Positions 28,758 to 36,939 are shown, counted from the first letter of the stretch. The stretch: DNA of 64,000 nucleotides from a virus (IMGVR_UViG_3300033069_001711:13946-77945), one strand, 5' to 3'. Numbers and translations: made by a program. The notes: a model not told the origin generated them from the sequence alone.

Positions 28758-29482
28758 TTGAATTGCCTCGTATTTTTGTCGGAACCATGTACACGAATGA
28801 AGGTGACTTCCAAACGTGTCTAGACCGCATTCAGCATCAAGAAGACGTCACTGTTACTCATTTCATCGTAGCTGGACTGAAGGAAAAAGAAGCTCACAAT
28901 GCATTGTGGCATGCTTGGAAAGATCAGCGTGATGGTCATGAACTTTTTGTCAAAATTGACGCGGACACAGTGCTGGCAGAAAAGAATACGCTAGCAGAAA
29001 TTGCTAAATTGTTTCGCGACAATCCACGAGTGACAGGTCTCCAGGCACCTCTGCATGATTACATGACTGATGATCACATTCATGGCCTCAACGTTTTCAG
29101 CCCTAAAGTGACGTTCAATGACACTCAAGATGAACTATATTGTGATCGCCAGGTTGACACAGATCATGATATTGTCCTGCGTGGAACGAGCCTCCCAGCT
29201 TCATTGACGCCGGCAGGCCTACATTGTCACTATGCCAATGAATGTCAAGCATTTCATTATGGCGTGCATCGTTCATTGAAAGGACAAAAACACGTCATCA
29301 ATAAAGTGATGGAGGTTTGGCGCAGAGATCAAGATCGAATTAGGGGATTTGCATTGATCGGCGCCAGTATGTCTGGCATTTTTGCTGAAAATCGTCGTTT
29401 CAATTATTCAGATCAAGAATTCAAATTAGCTTTCCAACAAGCATCAGCGTGTTATGATCAGATGGTTAAGGTTTGGAAATGA
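28754..29482 (+). CDS. divergent GT-A-like protein (DAD motif), paralog of 39190..39912
   Basis: FVKIDADTVL; EAHNALW; GLHCHYANECQAFHYGVHRSLK. Confidence 0.6.
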   Translation: MIELPRIFVGTMYTNEGDFQTCLDRIQHQEDVTVTHFIVAGLKEKEAHNALWHAWKDQRDGHELFVKIDADTVLAEKNTLAEIAKLFRDNPRVTGLQAPLHDYMTDDHIHGLNVFSPKVTFNDTQDELYCDRQVDTDHDIVLRGTSLPASLTPAGLHCHYANECQAFHYGVHRSLKGQKHVINKVMEVWRRDQDRIRGFALIGASMSGIFAENRRFNYSDQEFKLAFQQASACYDQMVKVWK

Positions 29483-30165
29483 TTCTTACTTCGCATAATG
29501 ATTTTAGTATGGAAACATACGAATGGATCATCAATGACGCATTATGCGAAGGTTATCGATTTGTCACACTGTCTGAATTCATTAAACTTGGATGTCCAGA
29601 CAAGTATTTTTTTGTCATTCGGCATGATCTAGATCATAAACCGTCATCTCTTGAACACGTCATCAATTCTGAATTGAAGATGGGCGTTAGATCAACAACG
29701 TTCATTCGAGTTGCCGGCGCTGAATACAATCCATTGAGTTATCCATGTTTCAAGCTTTTGAAACATGCCAGCGAGCACGGAATGGAATTAGGACTTCACA
29801 CTAATTTTGTCGAATTTGCTGCGATCAATAAGCTCAATCCACGAGACGTTTTAGAAAGCGAACTCAATATGTTGAGGGCTTTTTTTCCAATTCGAGGATT
29901 GGCACCCCACCGTGACATCAATTACCTTCACAATTCACTCCCATGGCTCGAGGAGCACTGGAAAGAAATCTCTGAAGAGCTAAAGTTAGATTACCATGCC
30001 TATGAAGATCGAATTCTCTCGAAGGTTGTCTATGCCAACGAGGGATTCAACCCGCACCTTTGCTGGCGCACTCATCCGTCTCAAGGTCTTGCGACCGGTC
30101 GATCCATTTACATGTTGACTCACCCACATTGGTGGTTCAAAAATCATCCCTTTGAGGCGCCATGA
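29473..30165 (+). CDS. polysaccharide deacetylase-like (NodB/CE4-type) protein
   Basis: VIRHDLDH, MGVRSTTFI, ELGLHT and YMLTHPHWW. Confidence 0.75.
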   Translation: MEMILTSHNDFSMETYEWIINDALCEGYRFVTLSEFIKLGCPDKYFFVIRHDLDHKPSSLEHVINSELKMGVRSTTFIRVAGAEYNPLSYPCFKLLKHASEHGMELGLHTNFVEFAAINKLNPRDVLESELNMLRAFFPIRGLAPHRDINYLHNSLPWLEEHWKEISEELKLDYHAYEDRILSKVVYANEGFNPHLCWRTHPSQGLATGRSIYMLTHPHWWFKNHPFEAP

Positions 30166-30854
30166 AAATTCTATTTGCACTGTATCGAGAATGGGCTGAA
30201 AAAGTATTTTTTGCAGTTGCGCCGATGATGCAACAACGCAATCACTTTTACAAAATTGTCAAAACGCCTGAAGCATTGTTAGACGAAGTCAATGGTGAAT
30301 GGGATGTTGTCATCTTGTTAGGATGGAGTTGGAAAGTTCCTGCCGACGTTGTTAACAATCGTTTGGTCATTGGAATGCATCCATCTGATTTGCCTCATTA
30401 CGCCGGCGGATCTCCCATTCAAAATCAAATTCTAGATGGTGTTGAACAAACGTATGCAACACTGTTCAAGCTGGATGAAAAATTTGACGAAGGTCAGATC
30501 ATTGACAAAGAAATGATCGATCTTCGCGGTCACCTTCATGACGTGTTACGCAATATTACCGTGGCATCATCAACACTTGTCATACGATTTATCACAAATT
30601 TTCCGAATAACACATACGCAAAACAAACTGGCGAAGGGATCAAAGTCAAGCGCTTGAAACCTGAACACAGCAAATTACCCAACCCAATGCGTCCAGTTCC
30701 TAGCCAACCTTATCCCGTGGCTATTGAAGCAATGACTTGTAAGGAATTGTGGAATCACATCAGGTGTCGTGAAGACCCATATCCTAATGCGTATTTTGAA
30801 GACGCGACTGGCAAATTGATCATCAAACAAGTTGAATTTGAACCCAAGACATGA
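30162..30854 (+). CDS. formyltransferase (Fmt-like fold; probable sugar N-formyltransferase)
   Basis: LLGWSWKVP, GMHPSDLPHYAGGSPIQNQI, LDEKFDEGQI and IRCREDPYPNAYF. Confidence 0.85.
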   Translation: MKILFALYREWAEKVFFAVAPMMQQRNHFYKIVKTPEALLDEVNGEWDVVILLGWSWKVPADVVNNRLVIGMHPSDLPHYAGGSPIQNQILDGVEQTYATLFKLDEKFDEGQIIDKEMIDLRGHLHDVLRNITVASSTLVIRFITNFPNNTYAKQTGEGIKVKRLKPEHSKLPNPMRPVPSQPYPVAIEAMTCKELWNHIRCREDPYPNAYFEDATGKLIIKQVEFEPKT

Positions 30855-31774
30855 AGAACATTGTTCAACTAGTTGACACTATTGATTACGTCAGAAGCAA
30901 TTGTTTTCAACACCAACTAGAGATAGCTTTAGACCAAAAATGTAATCTGATTCAGGTCGAACTGAAAGACATTTTGTATGCGCCATCGAGTCCTGCTGAC
31001 GGGTTCATCAGTTGTTTGAAACAGCGGACGTTAATGCGAAATTCTGAAGCTGTTGGAAAATGGCTCAAAGGGGCTTCATTGGTCGTTTACGATCAAGATC
31101 CTTGGCAATCATTCATGGATGACTCGCCTTTCAAAGGCGCATATCATCACATCATGCAACACGTCAATGTCAAATCTTTTGCCTTGACGACGCAGTGGTG
31201 GGTTGATTATCTCGCTAGTGTTGGCATGCCATCAACCTTTGTCAAGATGGGTGTGTTGTCTCGCTATTGTGTGCAACGACCTGAATACCTGGAACGTAAG
31301 AACACTGTTGGATTCGTAGGGTCTGTTCACCCTCGTAGAAAAATGTTGTTAGATGCAATTGAGTCATCTGGCATCAAGACATCAGTTCTTGCAAGTAACT
31401 CATTAGCGTATCCTGAGTTTCTTGAAAAGCTTTCAGAGCTACGAATCTTCGTGCACAATGAAGACATGTTGATTTATGTTGATGGCAAGGAATTGAATTT
31501 CAACACTGGCATGTGGGTCAAAGACGTTGAAGCTGCATCACAGGGATGCTTCAGTATTCGAAGTAAGGCACAAGGATCTGAAACATACCTTGAAGGCTTG
31601 AATTCTGTAATTCTATACGATAACATTGAGCAAGTGCCTGACATCATTCGAGAGATTGAGTCAATGAATGCAACAAAACGTCAATCAATCATTGATCATG
31701 CAGTGGCACAAATTACAGAAGAAGATGCATGGTCAGGAACGGCGCGTAAATTGATTGAACTTGCTAGCCTTTGA
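30851..31774 (+). CDS. GT-B-like protein (CgeB/DUF3880-type glycosyltransferase)
   Basis: VGFVGSVHPRRK, YPEFLEKL...IFVHNE and WVKDVEAASQGCF. Confidence 0.65.
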   Translation: MKNIVQLVDTIDYVRSNCFQHQLEIALDQKCNLIQVELKDILYAPSSPADGFISCLKQRTLMRNSEAVGKWLKGASLVVYDQDPWQSFMDDSPFKGAYHHIMQHVNVKSFALTTQWWVDYLASVGMPSTFVKMGVLSRYCVQRPEYLERKNTVGFVGSVHPRRKMLLDAIESSGIKTSVLASNSLAYPEFLEKLSELRIFVHNEDMLIYVDGKELNFNTGMWVKDVEAASQGCFSIRSKAQGSETYLEGLNSVILYDNIEQVPDIIREIESMNATKRQSIIDHAVAQITEEDAWSGTARKLIELASL

Positions 31775-31807
31775 ACAGTTTTCTCAATCTGAAATAGGAT
31801 TGAACGT

Positions 31808-32506
31808 ATGACTTCAAAATATATTGACAGGCTTCGAAATGACATTGTACGAGGCGAGGCCAAACAGTTGTTCGATCAGCTGGTTATGATTGTGGCTAAC
31901 ATGACGCCGGCAAATTGCTATGCAGTTGAATTACCCAAACAACCCGTCAAAGAACTTGACAATGCAATCATCACACGAACACAAGAACTGTTTTTAGAGA
32001 TCGGAATTACTCTCAATCGATCTATCGGTCTAGACAATGTCGTCTTCACACTCAGTGAAGCTAGAGAGATCCCCACTAAAATTTTGCACCCGCTCTTTTG
32101 GAGCAGAGCACCAGGCAAATTTGTCAATAAGCTTACCGGTAAAGAAGTTAAATTGACTGATGAGAAAATCACCGGCCCAATATTCACTGGTACGGTTCGA
32201 GAATGGTATGAAACGCTTATTGAAACGCTAATTGACGGCGCTAATTCATTCATGAAAGAAATCGGTGAATTTCCGACTAGCGTCAGTGTTTCAGATGATC
32301 TTTTGTGTATCATAGAATGTTCAGTGCTGTACAAACCATCCTTTACAGTCAATGGTGACATTCCTCCTTCTTTCGCAGGAACACTTCCTAAGTTCAAAGT
32401 CTTTAAAGACGACACGTTGTTATCCAACGTTGCCAAATTGTCTGGCGTTAAGGATGGCGTCAAATACACGTTAGATGTCAATGTTCTTGACATGAACATC
32501 ATCTGA
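31808..32506 (+). CDS. protein containing a T4 gp23-family major-capsid-like segment (truncated paralog)
   Basis: WSRAPGKFVNKLTG and FTGTVREWYETLIETLIDGAN...VSDDLLCIIECSVLYKP resemble the P-domain segment of gp23-like capsid proteins of large phages (recalled, not searched). Only 232 aa. Confidence 0.6.
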   Translation: MTSKYIDRLRNDIVRGEAKQLFDQLVMIVANMTPANCYAVELPKQPVKELDNAIITRTQELFLEIGITLNRSIGLDNVVFTLSEAREIPTKILHPLFWSRAPGKFVNKLTGKEVKLTDEKITGPIFTGTVREWYETLIETLIDGANSFMKEIGEFPTSVSVSDDLLCIIECSVLYKPSFTVNGDIPPSFAGTLPKFKVFKDDTLLSNVAKLSGVKDGVKYTLDVNVLDMNII

Positions 32507-32515
32507 AGGAACATC

Positions 32516-33496
32516 ATGAAATCAATTGCAGTGATCGGACAAGGTTTTGTGGGTGGTTCGCTCACTACTGTCTTTGCAGAACGTGGGTTTGACGTCTATA
32601 CGTACGACAAGGCTGGCAAACAAGCACCAGGAGCGAAACATTCACACGAAGTGACTGTTCATTCTGAAGGACTCACGTCATATGATCTCTTACCTGCTTC
32701 ATCTGTTGAAGATTTAGTTGCCTCATGTGAAGCACTCAAGACATTTTCTGGTGTTTACTTCGTTTGTCTTCCAACTCCAATGTTTGAAGACGGCGAGGCT
32801 GATTTGTCGATTGTAGAGGGCGTTCTAGAACAATTAAGCAAATTACCCGGTAACCGAATTGCAGTTGTCAAATCAACTGTCCCGCCCGGTACGACAGAAC
32901 GTTGGAATAAGACGTTTGATAACACCGGACTTCGAGTTGTCTTCAATCCAGAATTTCTGACAGAAGCAAATGCTCTGGATGATATGCGCAATCAGAATCG
33001 CATCATTTTGGGAGGTCCTCGACCATGGATCAACACTGTCAAGCTAGTTTTTCAATCTGCATTTCCAAAGGTTCCGCTTGTCAAAACGTCTTCAACAACT
33101 GCGGAAATGGTAAAGTACACCATTAATTGTTTTCTCGCAACCAAAGTCTCTTTCGCTAATGAAATGGCACAGATTTGTGAAGCACTTGACAACAAGGGTC
33201 TAAACATTGACTATGATAAAGTTGTTGAATACGCCAAGCTCGACACTCGACTAGGAAACAGTCATTGGGCCGTGCCAGGACCAGTGCCAGCTCATGATGG
33301 TCGTTACGTTCGCGGATTTGGCGGTCATTGTTTTCCAAAAGACTTGAATGCTCTAACTTTCATTGCTGAATCTTTAGGCATTGATCCAAAAGTTTTGAAA
33401 GGTGTTTGGGCTAAAAATCTAGAAGTTCGTAGTCCTGATGATCGAGATTGGGAACACATGAAAGATCGTGCTGTTAGCAAGAGAAAATTAAATTGA
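32516..33496 (+). CDS. ugd: UDP-glucose/GDP-mannose dehydrogenase family protein, short form
   Basis: IGQGFVGG, VCLPTP, VKSTVPPGTT, FNPEFLTE, AEMVKY..N.FLATKVSFANE and GFGGHCFPKD. Confidence 0.9.
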   Translation: MKSIAVIGQGFVGGSLTTVFAERGFDVYTYDKAGKQAPGAKHSHEVTVHSEGLTSYDLLPASSVEDLVASCEALKTFSGVYFVCLPTPMFEDGEADLSIVEGVLEQLSKLPGNRIAVVKSTVPPGTTERWNKTFDNTGLRVVFNPEFLTEANALDDMRNQNRIILGGPRPWINTVKLVFQSAFPKVPLVKTSSTTAEMVKYTINCFLATKVSFANEMAQICEALDNKGLNIDYDKVVEYAKLDTRLGNSHWAVPGPVPAHDGRYVRGFGGHCFPKDLNALTFIAESLGIDPKVLKGVWAKNLEVRSPDDRDWEHMKDRAVSKRKLN

Positions 33497-33714
33497 AGTA
33501 CACCGTTGCGCTCAGCAAGGATTTTATTCTCGACTTACCAACTGTGGCAAAAATTCATGAACAAATCGACGGCGATAAATGCAAAGTATATGCATGCGTC
33601 GTTTGCGAAAATGGTACACAACTTAAGGTACCAATTCGTGTTCGAAAAGATGAGTCAGATCGTTTGTTCATTACCTTTGACATAGAAGAGTTGAACAACT
33701 CTAACGAGAGTTGA
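33493..33714 (+). CDS. hypothetical protein
   Basis: 73-aa ORF, TTG start overlapping the ugd stop. Confidence 0.55.
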   Translation: MKYTVALSKDFILDLPTVAKIHEQIDGDKCKVYACVVCENGTQLKVPIRVRKDESDRLFITFDIEELNNSNES

Positions 33715-33795
33715 TACGTAATCAATAGATGGCAAACCGCCATCACAGCAAATCAATCCAGAGAGGGTTGTGCTGGAACTTTCACGGAGAGTGGC

Positions 33796-34833
33796 ATGTA
33801 CGAGTTTGGAGTTCTCATTGGGCGTTTTCAGCCATTTCATAATGCGCACCTAGAATTGGTGCGCTTTGCGTTTAAACAAGTTGAAACTTTGGTGATTGGT
33901 TTGGGCAGTAGCAATCAAGCTCCTGACACTCGTAATCCCTGGTCAGCTGATGAGCGCGAGGCAATGATTCGGTCTTGCCTCACAAATGAAGAAAATAATC
34001 GACTTCGATTTGCACGTCTCGAAGATTATTACTACAACAATCTTCGATGGATCGCTGGTGTTCAAAAGGCAATTAGTGATCACATTGGCGCATCAAAAGA
34101 CGTCAAGCTGATCGGTTTCAAGAAAGACGCTTCTAGCTTTTATCTCAACTTGTTTCCGCAATGGGGACCATGTCTTGAACCAAAGATCGACATCAACCTA
34201 GACGCATCTCGCGTTAGAGATCTGATGTTCACGCAAGACAAGATCGGCATCAAGAATTTTCTTCCTGAACCAGTCTACGTCGGGATTGCAGCGTGGATGG
34301 AAACTGAAGAATTCAAACGTCTTCATGATGAACAACACTTCATCTGGGATGAACAAGAAAAATGGCGCGATCGATTGCATTCTATCGGTGTCAAGCATCC
34401 GCCAACCTTTAACACTGTGGATGCAGTGTGCATATGCAGTGGTCACATCCTAGTTGTCCGCCGTGGCGGAAAATACGGACGAGGTTTAATCGCACTTCCA
34501 GGAGGTTATCTCGACGTAGAAGAGACACTGGAAAAGAGTTGCATTCGTGAGCTCAAGGAAGAGACGAGTATTAGACTTGCTCGAAGTTATTTGACAAATT
34601 CCATTGTCGATCAAGGAACATTCGACCATCCATTGCGCGATCTTCGAGGTCGAGTAATCACCCAAGCCTTTTGCCTCAAATTACCAGATGGAGAGCTACC
34701 CGAGGTGAAAGGCGCGGATGACGCTGACAAGGCTTGGTGGATGCCGTTGAATGATGTCAACAATAATCGTGAACGATTCTTCAGTGATCACTGGCATATC
34801 ATTGACAGATTTGTTGGCGCGCACAAATTCTAA
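33796..34833 (+). CDS. nadM: bifunctional NMN adenylyltransferase / ADP-ribose pyrophosphatase (NadM-Nudix)
   Basis: IGRFQPFHNAH (HxxH), GSSNQ...NPWSADER; Nudix box ALPGGYLDVEETLEKSCIRELKEET; GADDADKAWW...FFSDHWHII. Confidence 0.93.
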   Translation: MYEFGVLIGRFQPFHNAHLELVRFAFKQVETLVIGLGSSNQAPDTRNPWSADEREAMIRSCLTNEENNRLRFARLEDYYYNNLRWIAGVQKAISDHIGASKDVKLIGFKKDASSFYLNLFPQWGPCLEPKIDINLDASRVRDLMFTQDKIGIKNFLPEPVYVGIAAWMETEEFKRLHDEQHFIWDEQEKWRDRLHSIGVKHPPTFNTVDAVCICSGHILVVRRGGKYGRGLIALPGGYLDVEETLEKSCIRELKEETSIRLARSYLTNSIVDQGTFDHPLRDLRGRVITQAFCLKLPDGELPEVKGADDADKAWWMPLNDVNNNRERFFSDHWHIIDRFVGAHKF

Positions 34834-34948
34834 CATTGCGAGGAACTTAAATTATGAGTATTCGGGAAGAAGATCAACAGAATTCGCAACAATACAATTG
34901 TCGCCATGGCCGTCATTGTTATCACGACAATTATCCTAAAATTGATTC

Positions 34949-35485
34949 ATGATTCACTACCTCATCGGCGATGCGACTGAACCTCATGGGCATGGTCACA
35001 AGATTGTGGCGCACGTCTGCAATGACATCGGTGCGTGGGGACGTGGGTTCGTCTTGTCTCTGTCACGTAAATGGCCTGAGCCAGAAGCAGTTTATCGTCG
35101 TTGGTATCAAGAACAAGACGAAACAAACATCAATGACATGTCAATCAACGTTCGCCTCGAGCTTGGTCAGACCGTCAACGTTATAGTCGACAAGACTGCT
35201 GACAATCAAATCTTTGTCGCCAACATGGTAGCTCAAATGGGTATCATGGCGAAAGACGGCATTGAACCGATTAGATACGACGCTCTTCACAAATGTCTCA
35301 ATGACGTCGCAGCCAACGCTAGAAAATTTCCCGCAACTGTACACATGCCACGCATCGGTTGCGGACTTGCAGGTGGCGAATGGAAAAAAGTCGAAGCCAT
35401 CATCAATGAAGTCATGTCAGACATTGACGTATACGTTTATGATTTTGAAACTCAAGATGCACGTACGATTCCTTGGAAAAAGTGA
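34949..35485 (+). CDS. macrodomain ADP-ribosyl hydrolase (Poa1p/TARG1/DarG-like subgroup)
   Basis: YLIGDAT, IVAHVCNDIGAWGRGF and VHMPRIGCGLAGGEWKKV. Confidence 0.9.
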   Translation: MIHYLIGDATEPHGHGHKIVAHVCNDIGAWGRGFVLSLSRKWPEPEAVYRRWYQEQDETNINDMSINVRLELGQTVNVIVDKTADNQIFVANMVAQMGIMAKDGIEPIRYDALHKCLNDVAANARKFPATVHMPRIGCGLAGGEWKKVEAIINEVMSDIDVYVYDFETQDARTIPWKK

Positions 35486-35503
35486 CCTGTACATCTCGCA
35501 CTC

Positions 35504-35640
35504 TTGACAGATAGTTATCTCAAGAATATGACACGCTTCTTGTGAATGCAATGCGGTTGAACCGCGAGTAAGAGGACCTCCTCCACTAGTTCGTCACGAA
35601 TTTTCGTTTCGTCATTAGTGTTTGAGTTAAGAGGTTTCAC
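35504..35640 (+). promoter_or_regulatory. putative promoter and structured leader (TTGACA; anti-SD ACCTC; TTCGT repeats)
   Basis: TTGACA at 35504. GGACCTC at 35574-35580 is complementary to the GAGGT(TT) SD region at 35631-35637 of the downstream gene. Palindrome TTCGTCACGAA at 35590-35600. Confidence 0.45.
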
Positions 35641-36081
35641 ATGTCGTATAACATCGGTCTTCAAGTTCTCCGTGCAAAAGTTCGCGGGTTTCACGCTGCG
35701 GGTTCAACTATTTCGTTTCGCATCGCTAAGAGCGAAAAGGAACAAAAACATCGTCTTTGGGAATCCAAACGTATGTTGGGTTCACATGCACGTCATCACA
35801 TGATTGCCTACGGTTTGCTCCGGGGAATTGCATATCATCAAATTGAAAAATGCGCGCTAAACAACAAACCAGATCTAAAGTACCTGCTTCGAATCGTACA
35901 AGACCACGGAGGAAAGTCGTGGACACTGGAAAGTTTGATGCAACTACTCGAGCGCTCCTCGACGGTGTCATTGCCTCAAACAGAAGACTTGCAGCAAATC
36001 CGGTCTCTCGCACAGACTCCTCAGTCTATCTCGGAAAGAGCGGTTCTGGTCACTCAAAAGCCTCTAGAAAAAAGAGCGTGA
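35641..36081 (+). CDS. conserved hypothetical phage protein (RHHxIAYxLLRG family)
   Basis: ARHHMIAYGLLRGIAYHQIEK motif; SD AAGAGG. Confidence 0.8.
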   Translation: MSYNIGLQVLRAKVRGFHAAGSTISFRIAKSEKEQKHRLWESKRMLGSHARHHMIAYGLLRGIAYHQIEKCALNNKPDLKYLLRIVQDHGGKSWTLESLMQLLERSSTVSLPQTEDLQQIRSLAQTPQSISERAVLVTQKPLEKRA

Positions 36082-36089
36082 GGCGTGCC

Positions 36090-36437
36090 ATGGCCACCAT
36101 TAAGATGGGTGACAAACTTTACCTAGTGACACGTCGAGACATCGCTCCTGGTTATCAAGCTGTTCAATCGTGTCATGCGATGAGGCAATTTACAGCTGAA
36201 CATCCGGACAGAGACGGTGAATGGTTCACCAACTCGAACTATCTCGCGTTGTTGTCTGTCGCTGACGAGGTCGAACTCATGCGTCTAATTGCAGACGCAA
36301 AAGATCATGGTATTAGATGGTCTGCTTTTCGTGAACCAGATGTCGGCGGACAAATTACTGCAATTGCGCTTGAACCACATCCTAAAACTGCTGAGATGTG
36401 CAAGAAATTGCCATTAGCGTTGAAAGAACTGTCATGA
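36090..36437 (+). CDS. peptidyl-tRNA hydrolase 2 (Pth2)-like protein
   Basis: KLYLVTRRDIAPGYQAVQSCHA...W......L.V.DE...FREPDVGGQITAIAL. Start at 36090 or 36105 rather than the ORF-track start 35850. Confidence 0.75.
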   Translation: MATIKMGDKLYLVTRRDIAPGYQAVQSCHAMRQFTAEHPDRDGEWFTNSNYLALLSVADEVELMRLIADAKDHGIRWSAFREPDVGGQITAIALEPHPKTAEMCKKLPLALKELS

Positions 36438-36580
36438 AAATTTTGAGAATTTTCTTACTTGCTGTTGGAATTGGAATCACAACATGGTGTATCGTCACGC
36501 ATCAACCTACGTGGTTGATAGTTTTCAACGTAACGATTGATGCATTTGGCGTTTTAGACCTATTGACGAGGAAGTCATGA
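36434..36580 (+). CDS. small membrane protein
   Basis: 48 aa with two hydrophobic segments; ATGA overlaps at both ends. Confidence 0.65.
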   Translation: MKILRIFLLAVGIGITTWCIVTHQPTWLIVFNVTIDAFGVLDLLTRKS

Positions 36581-36939
36581 GCGAGATTGAGTCTGTTTCT
36601 AACAACATTGCATTTGAAGATTTTATGAAAGTAGACATTCGCGCAGGCTACATTGTAGCAGCTGAGCGAGTTCCTAAATCAGACAAGCTTTTGAAATTGA
36701 CAGTTGAATTTGGCGATCTTGGCACTCGCCAAATCCTTGCAGGAATTGGAAAATGTTATTCTCCTGAAAACATTGTTCGACTAACTGCGGCATTCATCGT
36801 AAATCTCGCCCCCAGAAAGATGATGGGTCTTGAGAGCCATGGCATGATTTTGGCAGCTGAAAACTCTTCTTCCGAGGATGGTGAAATTTCTGCTGTATTC
36901 TTGTCTGGTGCTGTAAAAACGGGAGCTAGACTAGGATGA
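36577..36939 (+). CDS. stand-alone tRNA-binding OB-fold protein (CsaA/Trbp111/MetRS C-terminal type)
   Basis: FEDFMKVDIRAG.I..AERVPKSDKLLKLTVEFG...RQILAGI...VNLAPRKMMGLESHGMILAA. Confidence 0.92.
   Translation: MSEIESVSNNIAFEDFMKVDIRAGYIVAAERVPKSDKLLKLTVEFGDLGTRQILAGIGKCYSPENIVRLTAAFIVNLAPRKMMGLESHGMILAAENSSSEDGEISAVFLSGAVKTGARLG

Noticed and set aside
30162-30854. Methionyl-tRNA formyltransferase (fmt)
   Set aside because: It is short, lacks a clear full Fmt C-terminal tRNA-binding domain and sits among sugar-modifying genes, so a sugar N-formyltransferase is more likely.
31918-32565. 215-aa minus-strand ORF
   Set aside because: It is antisense to the capsid-like ORF and the start of ugd, lies against operon direction and has no recognisable motifs.
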